Of a stretch of 64,000 nt of DNA, positions 10,101 through 20,700 are shown piece after piece. Positions within the stretch are counted from its first letter, which is position 1. The number at the start of each line of letters is the position of its first letter. Location: contig CAYPWJ010000001.1 in the NCBI GenBank assembly GCA_964414415.1, positions 7,007-71,006 on the forward strand, written 5' to 3'. The translations under genes and the position numbers were made by a program. The notes under the pieces were generated by a model, which was not told the DNA's origin, did no database searches, and was given only the letters and a program-made list of their open reading frames with translations. Origin of the DNA: an uncultured Thermoplasmatales archaeon (GTDB lineage: Archaea > Thermoplasmatota > E2 > UBA202 > DSCA01).

Positions 10101-10692
10101 GGAATACGAGCGGCAGGAGGAACGGAAGCAGACGTTCGAGGAGGACATCGACCGGCTGCGGGAGCAGCGGAAAAACCTTGTCAACCTTGTCGAGGAGATC
10201 AAGAAGAAAAAAAAGGACGCGTTCTTCGAGGTGTACGACGCCGTCAAGGAGCACTTCACCGAGATATATGCGGAGCTGACGCCGGGCGACGCGAAGCTGG
10301 AGCTGGAGAACCCCGAGCAGCCGTTCGACGGCGGGCTCATCATCCGGGCGCGCCCGAAGGGCAAACGGTCGCTCCGCCTCAACGCGCTGTCCGGCGGCGA
10401 GAAGAGCATGGCGTCGCTTGCATTCATCTTTGCCCTGCAGGCCTACGACCCGTCGCCGTTCTACGTCCTCGACGAGGTCGACATGTTCCTCGACGGCAAA
10501 AACGCGGAGCGCGTCGCCACCATGATCCAGGAGCGCTCGCAGAGCACGCAGTTCATCGCGATCTCGCTGCGCCGCATCACGCTGAACAAGGCCAACCACA
10601 TCTACGGCGTGACGATGCACGACAACGGCGTGTCGACGCTGATCGGCAACGTCGAGATGGACGAGGTCGAGCAGCTCGTGGAGGTAAAATGA
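7177..10692 (+). CDS. smc: Chromosome segregation protein SMC
   Basis: NFKSF, Walker A GPNGSGKSN, coiled coils, hinge GRTTFLPL...G..GG, LSGGEKS, LDEVD. Confidence 0.97.
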   Translation: MRLKEVQLENFKSFGKKITVPFLPGFTAITGPNGSGKSNISDAILFILGPRSPKTIRAGRLTDLIYNGKKNVKQCKVSLVLEDGDETIRLTRKVKRSPLPDDPDNYYSYFYINDNASSLTEFVQLLSSANISDNCIVQQGDVTAIVEMGDVPRRRIIDDIAGVSEFDKDIEKSEKEKEEVEQNLEHLGIILKEIKSQLRKLKRERDDALQYRDMQEELKRTKAMRSYKKRLEVEKEINEIEKQIKSYKDEREHLKEQRKELQQRYRDKQLELQELEDKIADLGGEEIEELKEQINEAREEAIKAKEKINYYSKEISEGKQEREELEGTHEKLEQEVSSYRKEIEKLEQERDEVAQQIKRRSDELEDIKERMSSSDERAMDITRSLAKIKKRYEQERQALHELELEQDRLEQQRESLDLAVSEIEEDRQTYEFELKDVKWQLKEIKKNRKEQQQEKERLEQELFDKKKEESEISETLQELDQEVMHLQRQLAKLKAQREASSYTRAAREILKARNEGKITGIHGSISELGSVDDAYQRALGVAAGRRAEAIVVDDDEVASKCINYLKKHDYGRTTFLPLSKMTAGKPRGKALMTVEEDGSHGFAIDLVSFDPEYRPAFWYVFRDTIVMEDLGAARKVMGGVRLVTLDGEIVGSSGAMIGGSTPRKASFGKGDQRKVAEVSKKLREVSQQQEAMSERLMEVREEISDVQQQLRDCSVEEDDQLERLDARKKEFDGKLKVITERLEAKQEERDGLQQRIDEVQQQIEEKTELLEEMEQEREETEQQLKQISTEEITKQIDALKETLEELRERKRSLTSDIKTRSKELEVAEERRQEVEDRLQAIDSRREEYQAEIEQLREIHEENQDEMEALMEVEDNMLGKRKGLTEERDALYKESVDIENKIDSISTKIETNLDLISRAKSRLPTLEETLGELLMETQDYEFSEDELPGLDELKARIKELEHEMEELQPVNMRALKEYERQEERKQTFEEDIDRLREQRKNLVNLVEEIKKKKKDAFFEVYDAVKEHFTEIYAELTPGDAKLELENPEQPFDGGLIIRARPKGKRSLRLNALSGGEKSMASLAFIFALQAYDPSPFYVLDEVDMFLDGKNAERVATMIQERSQSTQFIAISLRRITLNKANHIYGVTMHDNGVSTLIGNVEMDEVEQLVEVK

Positions 10693-11525
10693 CGGACAAC
10701 GTCGTCGACCATCTGCTGCTGCAGCGTGAAGACGTCGCGAAGAAAGAAAACCTGGAGAAATACGTCGAGATGGCAGACGGCAAAGCGACGATGTACGCCG
10801 GCAATCCCTTCGACCGGGCCATCGCCGCTACGTTTGAGCTGGTCATCGACGAACAGTTCGACCCCTGGGAGATCGACCTCGTCTCGTTTTCCCGGCTGTA
10901 CCTCAAAAAAGTCAACGAGACCCGGGTTATCGACCTGATGACCGCCGGCCGCATCATCCTGATGGCCTGGAAGGTGCTGAAGCTGCAGTCCGACGACATG
11001 ATCCAGCGGCTGGAGGAGCCGGAGGAAGAGGAGCCGGAGGAATGGGACGACATCCCGGACTGGTACATGGAGGACGACGGCTACACGTACACCAGGGCGG
11101 TCATCGAAAACGAGGCACCCATCGAGGAAAAAGTCCGCCGGGACGGCAAGCGCAAGGTCACCCTGGTTGAGCTCATCAACGCGTTCGAGGAAGCCCGCGA
11201 CGAGGTGGCAGAGCGGCAGCAGCGGCAGGAGCAGCGGGCCGAGGAGCGAGAGCGGCAGGCGGTGCAGGACGAGCAAGACGTCGGCGGCAACGCGCATCAG
11301 GAGGACATCGAGCGTGAGATAGACATCGTGCTCAGCCGGCTCAGCCAGCTGAACGGCCGAGCTATCGCCATCGATGAACTCTGCGACACGGACGACAAGG
11401 AGGACCTGGTGATGACGATGTCGTCGCTGCTGTTCCTGGCCCGTGAGAACCGGATACAGCTCTGGCAGGAAGATTTTCCCTACGGCACGATATACCTCAA
11501 AAATGTCCACCATGAACAAACGTAG
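10689..11525 (+). CDS. scpA: Segregation/condensation protein A (kleisin)
   Basis: DPWEIDL motif, RKVTLVELINA, C-terminal LLFLA..Q..PYG; overlaps smc stop. Confidence 0.88.
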   Translation: MTDNVVDHLLLQREDVAKKENLEKYVEMADGKATMYAGNPFDRAIAATFELVIDEQFDPWEIDLVSFSRLYLKKVNETRVIDLMTAGRIILMAWKVLKLQSDDMIQRLEEPEEEEPEEWDDIPDWYMEDDGYTYTRAVIENEAPIEEKVRRDGKRKVTLVELINAFEEARDEVAERQQRQEQRAEERERQAVQDEQDVGGNAHQEDIEREIDIVLSRLSQLNGRAIAIDELCDTDDKEDLVMTMSSLLFLARENRIQLWQEDFPYGTIYLKNVHHEQT

Positions 11526-12027
11526 CATCCGGCAGGTCGAGGCAGCTCTTTTCTCGGCGGGTCGCCCGCTGTCAACGGAGGAGCTCTCCGAGGCACTCGA
11601 CATGAGCGACAAAGCGGTGGTGCAGGCCATCGAGCAGCTGCAGCAGGAATATGCTGCGGCGGCGGAGGAGGACGCGACGGCGATGGAGGTCGCCCGGGCC
11701 GGCGACAAGTGGGTGATGCAGCTTCGCTCCAGGTACGCATCGTACGGACAGCAGCTGTCGCCGCGGGAGGTCCCCCGGAAGCTGCTGAAGACCGTCTCGT
11801 TGATCGCCTACTACCAGCCGGTGAAGCAGTCGGACGTCCGGGATATGATCGGCAGCAAGGTCTACGACCACGTGCCGGAGCTGGAGGACCTGGGCTTCAT
11901 CAGGGCGACGCCACACGGCCGAACGAAGCTGCTGGAGGCCACAGACTATTTCTATGAATACTTCGGCTTTGAGACTACCGACCGGGAGCAGATACGTGAG
12001 CAGCTACGACAGCGGATGCAGCAGTGA
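11512..12027 (+). CDS. scpB: Segregation/condensation protein B
   Basis: VEAALFSAGRPLS, TVSLIAYYQPV, HV.EL..GFI, T..FYEYFG. Confidence 0.92.
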   Translation: MNKRSIRQVEAALFSAGRPLSTEELSEALDMSDKAVVQAIEQLQQEYAAAAEEDATAMEVARAGDKWVMQLRSRYASYGQQLSPREVPRKLLKTVSLIAYYQPVKQSDVRDMIGSKVYDHVPELEDLGFIRATPHGRTKLLEATDYFYEYFGFETTDREQIREQLRQRMQQ

Positions 12028-12158
12028 TGATCTTTTACGGAATGTACGATAACCTTTATATACCGGGATGGTGTTGTAATAGCATACCACGATAATGATA
12101 GCAAAAAGTTAGCGAAATAGAAAAGAAATATATAAGAAAATATATAAGCTGGGGAGGA

Positions 12159-15100
12159 ATGAATACAATGATGGAAAAAATCGGGAGAATAAAAGGAAAA
12201 GAAGGTGTCTCGGAGATCATCGGCACTGTGCTCTTGCTCGCCATCGCCGTCATCATCTTTTCGTCTTTGATTGTCTATGTGCTCTCAATGGATACCTCGC
12301 CGTCGGCGCCCAGCGTCCACATGGTCGGCTCCATGGATGAAAGCAGCATCGCAACGATAGAGAACAGAGGAGGAAATTCTGTCCCCATCGAGGACCTCAA
12401 GGTAATGATCCGGAAGGGCGACAACCAGAGCCACATCTATAGCGGGGAGGCTCTTTCAGCTATGTTTCATGACACAAACGACAACGGCAGATGGGACGTC
12501 GGTGATTACATCACCGTAAACTGCTCAAAGATATTTTCTGGCGACGTCGCTCGCTGGCAGATATCGGTCGCCGTCATCGACCAGCCCAGCAACGCCATCA
12601 TCATGAGCGGCGTCCTCCAGCAGGGTATCATGCACACCATGCCGCCGGTCGCCCGGTTTACCTACGCCCCCTGGGACCCGAAAACCAAGGAAATTGTCAC
12701 CTTTAACGCCAGCGATTCCTACGACCCTGACGGTGGCTCTCTCCAGTCATACCAGTGGGACTTCGGTGACGGCAACACCGGCAGCGGCATGGTGGTCATG
12801 CATCAATATAATACCTCAGGGAATTACACGATTTCTCTCACCATTACCGACGATGAAGGGCAGACCGCCTCGACGTCCAGTCCGTACGGCGTCCCTGCCG
12901 AAGTCAACGTCACCACTAATCAGAAACCAGTCGCCAACTTCACGTGGACGAACAATACCGGAAAGAATGGCGTCGTGGCATTCACTGACGGCTCCTACGA
13001 CACCGATGGAGAGATTGTTTCTTGGTACTGGAATTTCGGCGATGGAAGCGTCTCCACAGCCCAGAATCCATCCCATTATTACAACCAGAGCGGCACCTAT
13101 ACCGTCACCCTGGCGGTGACCGATGACAACAACGAGACCAATACCACCAGTCTTGATGTAGTGGTTCCAAACCTTGACCCGGAGGCTTTCTTCTCTTACA
13201 GCCCAAGCAATCCTACCACGAAGCATTATGTCTTTTTCGATGGAAGCAACTCGTATGATAGAGATGGCTCCATCCAGAGCTATTCCTGGGATTTGAACGG
13301 CGATGGCGTGTTCGGCGATGCCACCGTGGCAAAACCCTCGACAACCTACGGAAGCACCGGCAACTATACCGTCGGGTTGAAAGTCACCGATGACCTCGGT
13401 GCCACCGACATAGAAACTAAGACTCTTAACGTCAGTTCTCCTATGACCAGCCGAAGCGTGCTGGTTGTAGACAACACCCCCCAGGCGACTGGAGGGAGAG
13501 CCAACTGGGACGGCACCGACAAGATTATTCAGGCGCTTAGCAACCTTGGATTTTCATACTCAACGGGCAAAGCCATTGACAGCTGGCAGTTCGTAGATGG
13601 AACCGAGGCTGGAAAGAACATCACCGCTACATTACTCGACGAATACGACATCGTCATCTGGAGCACAGGCACGTTTCCAGGGGATGGCGGTAGAGCAGCG
13701 GATGACAACAATGACAACACGTGGACCACGTCCATGACTGAGGGCTCCGATGACGAGTCAAATCATGTCTACGAGATTTACCAGCACATGAATCACAATG
13801 GAACGCTCCTTCTCTGTGGCACCTACGCCGTTCGAGACCTCCAAGACTACAGCGGGAATGAGGCAAACCAGGATGAGATATGGCTTGGAAACACCCTGGG
13901 GCTGATAGAAGACACTGGTGGCATCAACGAGGGGTATCACAGCGGCAAAACAGGATACTACGCAACCGATTATTACAACTATCCCTACGATCCTCCTGGT
14001 TCTCCAGGATGGTACTATTCTGGAGAGTTCAGCTACGGCCCCATCCAGGGAAGCGGCGTCATGACAGGGAGAACCGGCACATCCACGGATTCCGACACCT
14101 ACGGCGTCGCGAACGTCGAGATTACGTCGCCTATCGACATGTATGAGCTCAACCCGCAGGGAGGCACGCTCTTCAACTATTCGCTCAACGCCACCGGAGG
14201 AGCCGGCATCGTACTTCAAACAGACTTTGAATCCGGGGCATTTCCCCCAAGCGGCTGGAGTGAACACCGGCTAGAAACTAACAATGGCCCCGGATGGCAA
14301 AAAAACAACCGAGCCGGTGGAGGGCAAAGTGCCTATCACGACCATACTCAACAGGATGATAAAGTCTGCAACGATTGGATAGTAAGTCCACAGTTTACAG
14401 TTCCTCCCGGAGGGGTCTTGGATTTTGAGGAAAAGAATGGGTACATGAACTATTATGATTATCATGGAGTGATGATTTCAACTGGGAGTGGTGATCCAGA
14501 CGATGCAGACTTCACCGAATTACAAGAAATGGATGATGCGACGTTTTGGAATTGGGAAGACCGCAGCATCGATATTAGTTCCTATGCCGGGCAGGATGTT
14601 CATATCGCGTTCCAATATAAAGGCGGAGATGCGGCAATATGGGCAATTGATAACATTGAGGTATCTTCCTCAGCGGATTACATTCGCACTGGAGAATATG
14701 CGATTGATGCCGAGCGTGGCGCCAATCGGTCTGTGGTCACAGGTTTCAACCTGAACTCCGATGCCATCACCAACGAGAGCCGTGAAGCATATCTGCGAAA
14801 CGTCCTCAACTGGATGGCGGAAGGCGTCGGCTACGAGACAGAGGTATATGTGGACAACGACCGATCGACAGAGTGGTACGATGAAACACATCTCCATACC
14901 ATCCAGGAGGGAATAGACGCAGTGAGCTTCGGCGGCACCGTACACGTATATGACGGGGATGCCTACGACGGCGCTGTCATCGATAAGTCCATATCACTCG
15001 TCGGGGAGAACGCGCCAGTGGCACGGAGCAGCGGAGAAGCGGCATTCAAGGTGACTGCAGACTGGGTACAAATCGATGGATTTACGATATACAACAAGGC

Positions 15101-17720
15101 AGGGCAAACGCTTCAGCGGGGAGTCTCCATAGATAGCAGGTCACGGGCAACTATTCTCAACTGCACCATCCATAACACTGGAACGGGCATCTATGCCTAT
15201 CATTCCTCAAATACCACCTTCCAGTCAAACATAATCCACGACGCCGATTATGGCATTCAGATTCAGCGTTCTTCTGGCCTGACTGTTACCAACAATACTC
15301 TCTGGGGCAACTCTCACGGGCTCGCCATGCAGTACACGAGCGGATGTGAGGCGACACAGAATGACATCCATGACAACGACGAAGGTATATACCTCTACGA
15401 GGCCGACGATAGCCGCATCAGGAACAACGACATCTATTCCAATACGGACTACGGAGTCCGTCTGGAGTCAACGCCAACCAACAACTACGTAATCGGAAAC
15501 GATATCTACCAGAATGGATACGGTGTATACCTTGATCTGTCAACACACAACACAATCCAGAACAATCTTGTGACAGGAAATACCAACACTGGTATCCATC
15601 TTACTTCGTCCTCGACGCAAAATACCATCTGGAACAACACGGTTACCGATAACGGCGATGGCATATGGCTGGACAGCTCCGGCAGCAATTCTCTCCTCTC
15701 CAACACGGTAAACCACTCACAGGGAAACGGAATCTATCTCTCTTCAAGCGGCGGCAACGCTCTATACAACAATCAGGTGATGAACAGCGGCAGTGCAGGA
15801 GTCGTCTTCCACGATTCCTCTGACTCGAATATCCTTAAGTTTACAGCCCTCTACAATAACACGTATGGCCTCAAAATTGAAAGATCACGCAACAGCTATG
15901 TGGGGAACAACACACTATGGAGTAATCGCCTTGACGGCGTGTATCTCGCTCGACCTACGGATGGAGCGTACGGCAACAACACCATCTTTAACAACACCAT
16001 CTATCAAAATGTGAGGCATGGTATCCGCCTTTATTCAGCCAGTGGCAATACACTGTCGGATAACATCATCCATTCAAACCAGGAGCACGGTGTCTCTCTC
16101 CAGTCGTCATCTAATGATAACAGCATCAGGAACAATGTCCTGTATAATAATTCCGACGGCGTCTCCATAGACCGGAGCGGCTATAGTCAGGTGGTCAACA
16201 ACAACATCCATAATCACACTGGCCGAGGTATTTCAGTTCAAAACTCTGCATCAGAAAACGATCTGCTTTCTAATACTCTAGAACATAATACAGACGGCAT
16301 CGCTATCCAGTCATCTTCTCTCAACAACATAAGTCACAATCTTGTCCGTGAAAACCAGCAATATGGAATCACTGTGGCAAGTGCAAACACCAACAGCCTC
16401 TATAACAACACCGTACATGCAAACCTGCAGGACGGGATATATATATCTTCCTCAGACGACAATGTCATCAACTCCAATGTGGTCTACGACAACCATTACG
16501 GCCTCCACTTCCTCTCCTGCAGCAGCAACGCCATTAGCAGCAACCATATATATGCCAATGCAGACCACGGAGTATTTCTGGAAAACTCAGAGGCAACGAC
16601 ACCCGGCGGCAACGAGATAGCTACCAATCAAATACACGATAACGGCGGCAGCGGTCTCTATCTCCTTTCTTCGACAGGTAATTCGTTCCATAGCAATAAC
16701 CTCTACAAAAACAGTGACGGCATCCACCTTCGCTCATCTAATAATAACGTCATCTATCTAAACACGGTTCGGCAAAATGAATTCGGAGTCTACCTTCACT
16801 CCTCAGATGGTAACAAAATCGGCGGTGCTTCAGAGGGCGGAAACACCATCTACAACAATACCGGGGACGGCATCTATATTGGTCATTCCTCCGACGGCAA
16901 CACGCTTGATAATAACTCGATTTGGGAAAACGATGTGGGTGTCTTCGTCAATGATTCTGATACTGCGAACATCAAGAATAACCATATATATTGGCATAAC
17001 ACGTCGGCCGGAATTCGCGTCAAAAACGCGTGGCTTGGCTCGTCGTATCCTATCAAGAATAACATGATTCATGGCAACTTGCGGGGGGTTGAGATTATCT
17101 CGTCCAGCAGCTCTCATATAGAGACGCAGAATCTGTTGTATGACAACGAGATAGGTATCTATCTTTTGAATTCCGACACCTGCAAAGTCGGGATGAATGA
17201 TGTTACTTCGGATGTCAGCGGGATCACTATTCTCTCCTCTGATGCCTGTACCATTGACAACAATACCATTCGGGGCTCGCAGTACGGAATCGATGTTAAC
17301 GGGTCGAATGACAACCAGATACAGAAGAACCGCATCGTGAATGCTACCAGGGGTGTCTATCTACATGACGCTGCGGTGAGCAACGTGGTGCGGGAAAACA
17401 CGGTCACTATCAATGCATCCAATCAATACGTGGCATATCTCGCGGGGACGGGCACAGAAAACAACAAGGTATACAGGAATAATTTCTTGAATATATCGAG
17501 TCGGAGCGACAGCCTGGCTTATGATGACGCGGGGAATAATAGCTGGTATAGCTCTGCGACAAAGGCTGAGGGCAATTACTGGAAGAACTACGAGTATCTG
17601 GGGAGATATCAGAATGCCACCGAGAAGGATGGCTATTACTGGAGTATTCCCTATGAGATAGCACCGGAGGATGACACGTCGGTGGTGGAAGACCGACGGC
17701 CGCTTACCGATAAGGTGTAA
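12159..17720 (+). CDS. Giant type IV pilin-like surface protein: class III signal peptide, 3 PKD domains, alpha/beta domain with inserted cleaved-adhesin-like domain, long NosD/CASH beta-helix
   Basis: KGKEG/VSEIIGTVLLLAIAV; W(D/N)FGDG PKD motifs; DFE...WIVSP...HIAF...WAIDNI; many N.I.NN..GI.L repeats; GNYW. Confidence 0.8.
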   Translation: MNTMMEKIGRIKGKEGVSEIIGTVLLLAIAVIIFSSLIVYVLSMDTSPSAPSVHMVGSMDESSIATIENRGGNSVPIEDLKVMIRKGDNQSHIYSGEALSAMFHDTNDNGRWDVGDYITVNCSKIFSGDVARWQISVAVIDQPSNAIIMSGVLQQGIMHTMPPVARFTYAPWDPKTKEIVTFNASDSYDPDGGSLQSYQWDFGDGNTGSGMVVMHQYNTSGNYTISLTITDDEGQTASTSSPYGVPAEVNVTTNQKPVANFTWTNNTGKNGVVAFTDGSYDTDGEIVSWYWNFGDGSVSTAQNPSHYYNQSGTYTVTLAVTDDNNETNTTSLDVVVPNLDPEAFFSYSPSNPTTKHYVFFDGSNSYDRDGSIQSYSWDLNGDGVFGDATVAKPSTTYGSTGNYTVGLKVTDDLGATDIETKTLNVSSPMTSRSVLVVDNTPQATGGRANWDGTDKIIQALSNLGFSYSTGKAIDSWQFVDGTEAGKNITATLLDEYDIVIWSTGTFPGDGGRAADDNNDNTWTTSMTEGSDDESNHVYEIYQHMNHNGTLLLCGTYAVRDLQDYSGNEANQDEIWLGNTLGLIEDTGGINEGYHSGKTGYYATDYYNYPYDPPGSPGWYYSGEFSYGPIQGSGVMTGRTGTSTDSDTYGVANVEITSPIDMYELNPQGGTLFNYSLNATGGAGIVLQTDFESGAFPPSGWSEHRLETNNGPGWQKNNRAGGGQSAYHDHTQQDDKVCNDWIVSPQFTVPPGGVLDFEEKNGYMNYYDYHGVMISTGSGDPDDADFTELQEMDDATFWNWEDRSIDISSYAGQDVHIAFQYKGGDAAIWAIDNIEVSSSADYIRTGEYAIDAERGANRSVVTGFNLNSDAITNESREAYLRNVLNWMAEGVGYETEVYVDNDRSTEWYDETHLHTIQEGIDAVSFGGTVHVYDGDAYDGAVIDKSISLVGENAPVARSSGEAAFKVTADWVQIDGFTIYNKAGQTLQRGVSIDSRSRATILNCTIHNTGTGIYAYHSSNTTFQSNIIHDADYGIQIQRSSGLTVTNNTLWGNSHGLAMQYTSGCEATQNDIHDNDEGIYLYEADDSRIRNNDIYSNTDYGVRLESTPTNNYVIGNDIYQNGYGVYLDLSTHNTIQNNLVTGNTNTGIHLTSSSTQNTIWNNTVTDNGDGIWLDSSGSNSLLSNTVNHSQGNGIYLSSSGGNALYNNQVMNSGSAGVVFHDSSDSNILKFTALYNNTYGLKIERSRNSYVGNNTLWSNRLDGVYLARPTDGAYGNNTIFNNTIYQNVRHGIRLYSASGNTLSDNIIHSNQEHGVSLQSSSNDNSIRNNVLYNNSDGVSIDRSGYSQVVNNNIHNHTGRGISVQNSASENDLLSNTLEHNTDGIAIQSSSLNNISHNLVRENQQYGITVASANTNSLYNNTVHANLQDGIYISSSDDNVINSNVVYDNHYGLHFLSCSSNAISSNHIYANADHGVFLENSEATTPGGNEIATNQIHDNGGSGLYLLSSTGNSFHSNNLYKNSDGIHLRSSNNNVIYLNTVRQNEFGVYLHSSDGNKIGGASEGGNTIYNNTGDGIYIGHSSDGNTLDNNSIWENDVGVFVNDSDTANIKNNHIYWHNTSAGIRVKNAWLGSSYPIKNNMIHGNLRGVEIISSSSSHIETQNLLYDNEIGIYLLNSDTCKVGMNDVTSDVSGITILSSDACTIDNNTIRGSQYGIDVNGSNDNQIQKNRIVNATRGVYLHDAAVSNVVRENTVTINASNQYVAYLAGTGTENNKVYRNNFLNISSRSDSLAYDDAGNNSWYSSATKAEGNYWKNYEYLGRYQNATEKDGYYWSIPYEIAPEDDTSVVEDRRPLTDKV

Positions 17721-17721
17721 C

Positions 17722-20700
17722 ATGCTGCGAAGAGAACTTGGCTGTCTCCTGCTTTCATTAATCCTCATGCTCTCTATTTTTCCGCCGGGAGGAGTCATCC
17801 TCTCCCGTGCCAGCTTCATAGAGGTCGATGCAAGCGGCACTGAGGGTTCCTATACCCGCATCCAGAACGCCATCACAGATGCAGATACTGGAGACACCAT
17901 TTTTGTTCACGATGGCATCTATACGGAAAACGTCGTCATCGATAAACGAGTCACTGTGCAGGGCGAGAGCAAGAGCGGTACCATCATAGATGGCGGTGGA
18001 AAAGGCAACGTGGTCACTATAAACGCCGGTGGAGCTGTCCTTGCTGGAGTCTCTATAAGAAACAGCGGTGCAGGCGACAACGCAGGCGTCCGCTTTGACG
18101 GGGTATCGCAGGCGATGATTACCGACTGCCGGTTGCATGACAATCAATACGGTGTCAGACTGTTCCAAGCAGACTCCATCACCATTACAGAGAACGCCAT
18201 CGTCAATTCATCGTCTACCGGCCTATATATTGGCTCCCACTGCATCGAGGCACTTATCTTTCACAACAACTTTCTCGACAATGGAGATAACGCATTCGAC
18301 GAAGGAACTGACAACCAGTGGTACAATGCCACGCTGCAAGAGGGGAACTACTGGGATAACTACGATGGAAACGATACAGACAACGACGGAATCGGCGACT
18401 CCAATTACCCCATTCCACCGTCGGTGTCCCTGAAATATGATCCCTACCCTTTGATGCATCAATACGCTGGCATCAACATCCTCCACTTGCAGGCGGAGCC
18501 GCAGATACAGGAGCCCGGCCGGCAGGTCAACGTCTCCTGCCGCATCACGAGCTCCGCCGAGGTCAACCACAGCTACATCAACATCACGATGCCCAACGGC
18601 ACGTATCTCAACGCCAGCCTGCAGAGAGAAGGAAACACGAGCAACTACTATTACAGCAGGAGCTACGACGACAAAGGCACCTACCGTTACCGGGTGTGGG
18701 CCAACGACACCAACAACAACTCCATACGGTCGGCAGAAAAAAAATTCGTGGTAGCATACAAACCGAACGCCAGCTTCAGGTATACGCCGTCCAGTCCGAC
18801 GCGCCTCGACGCCGTGACATTCAATGGATCCAACTCGTCCGATCCGGACGGCAGCATCGTCAACTATAGCTGGAGCCTGGGTGACGGCACCACGACATTC
18901 GGTACAACGGTCAGCCACCAATATAGCAGCAACGACACCTTCACCGTGACGCTGACCGTCACCGACAACCACGGCGCCTGGGGCACCAGCAGCCGGAACG
19001 TCACCATCCGCAACATTCCGCCGACGGCTGGTTTCTCGTTTTCACCGGACGATCCAACCGTGGGAGAAACCATCTCCTTCTCTGAAAACGCCTCCGACCC
19101 AGACGGCACCATCGTTAAATATGAATGGAACTTCGGCGACGGTACGACCACCAGCGGAGGAGACATGACACATCCCTCCCACGTCTACCGTCGGAACGGT
19201 GTCTTCAACGTCACGCTGACCGTCACCGACTACGACACCGACACCGACACCGCAAGCCGTGAGATAACCGTCAGGGACGTCGAGTCACCGGTCATTGAGA
19301 ACGTCTCCGCGTTTCCGAATCCACAGGAACGGCACGGCAGAGTAAACATTTCCTGTACCATCATCGACGACGTCGCCGTCAGTGCAGCCAGCGTCGACAT
19401 AGACGGTCCCGGCGTCGACCGCAACGCGAGTATGCACCAGGTTGACGGCACTGCGACGTGGTATTACACCGCGAACTACAGCAGCGAGGGCAATTACACC
19501 TACACGGTATGGACGACCGACCCCAGCGGAAACACAAACCAGAGCCAGCCGCACACGTTCGAGATCATCATCCCTGCAGAGCCGCCGGAGATACACGAGG
19601 TACGGGAGTGGCCAACCACAAAGCAGTACGGCTTTCCGGTCAACATATCAGCCAACGTGACAGACAACGTGCGGGTGGAGACGGTGAGCGCAAACGTGAC
19701 GCTGCCGAACGGCGGCAGCGTGAACCGCAGCATGAGCCCATCCTGTATCGACGACGACTGCAACGGTATCTATTTCTATAACGAAACATATGACATGCTG
19801 GGAGACTACAACTACACCATATGGGCCACCGACATAAACGGCTACGTCAACCATTCCATCAGCCACAGCTTCTCCGTCATTGACACGATGTCCCCGGAGG
19901 TGAATAATCTGACTGTCACGCCCGCGGTGCAGCATCCCAACGAGACGGTCAACGTCTCCTGCACCGCCTCCGACAACCTCCAGGTAGCGAACGTCTCCAT
20001 CATTGTCACCCACGGCAACGACACCGTCGCATCGAAGGAAATGAACACGTCATCCTGCTACTATCTCACGCGGAACTACAGCCAGCGGGGACGCTACAAC
20101 GTCACTGTCACCGCGAGAGACACACGCGGCAACACCGCATCCTTCAGCACTCACTTCAACGTCACCTTCTTCCCGACTGCAAATTTCTCCTACAGCCCGG
20201 CTGTACCGACCAGCCAGGAGACGATAACGTTCAACGACACGAGCACCGACTCCGACGGAGACATTACGGCATGGAACTGGAGCTTCGGCGACGGGAACAC
20301 GAGCACCGTCCAGCAGCCACGCCACAGCTACAGCGCCGACGGCACCTATACCGTCACGTTGACCGTCTGGGACGACGACGGTGCCACCGCCTCCATAGCA
20401 AAGGACATCGAGATACAGAACGTTCCCCCCACCGCCAACTTCACCTACACGCCCGTGCAGCCCACCGACCTCGACGCCGTTGCGTTCAACGCGTCGGCTT
20501 CCACCGACGACGGAGACATCACAGGCTACACCTGGAGCTTCGGCGACAACGAGAGCGGTAACGGCATGACGGCGTCGCATATCTACCCGGACGACGGCAC
20601 CTATACCGTCACGCTGACCGTGACAGACGACGACGGCGCCACGGACAGCTGCAGCCGGAACGTCACCATCGACAACGTGCCACCCGTCGCAGACTTTCAA

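Noticed and set aside
10201-10215. Poly-A tract in smc as a slippage site
   Set aside because: In-frame Lys run; the gene is intact
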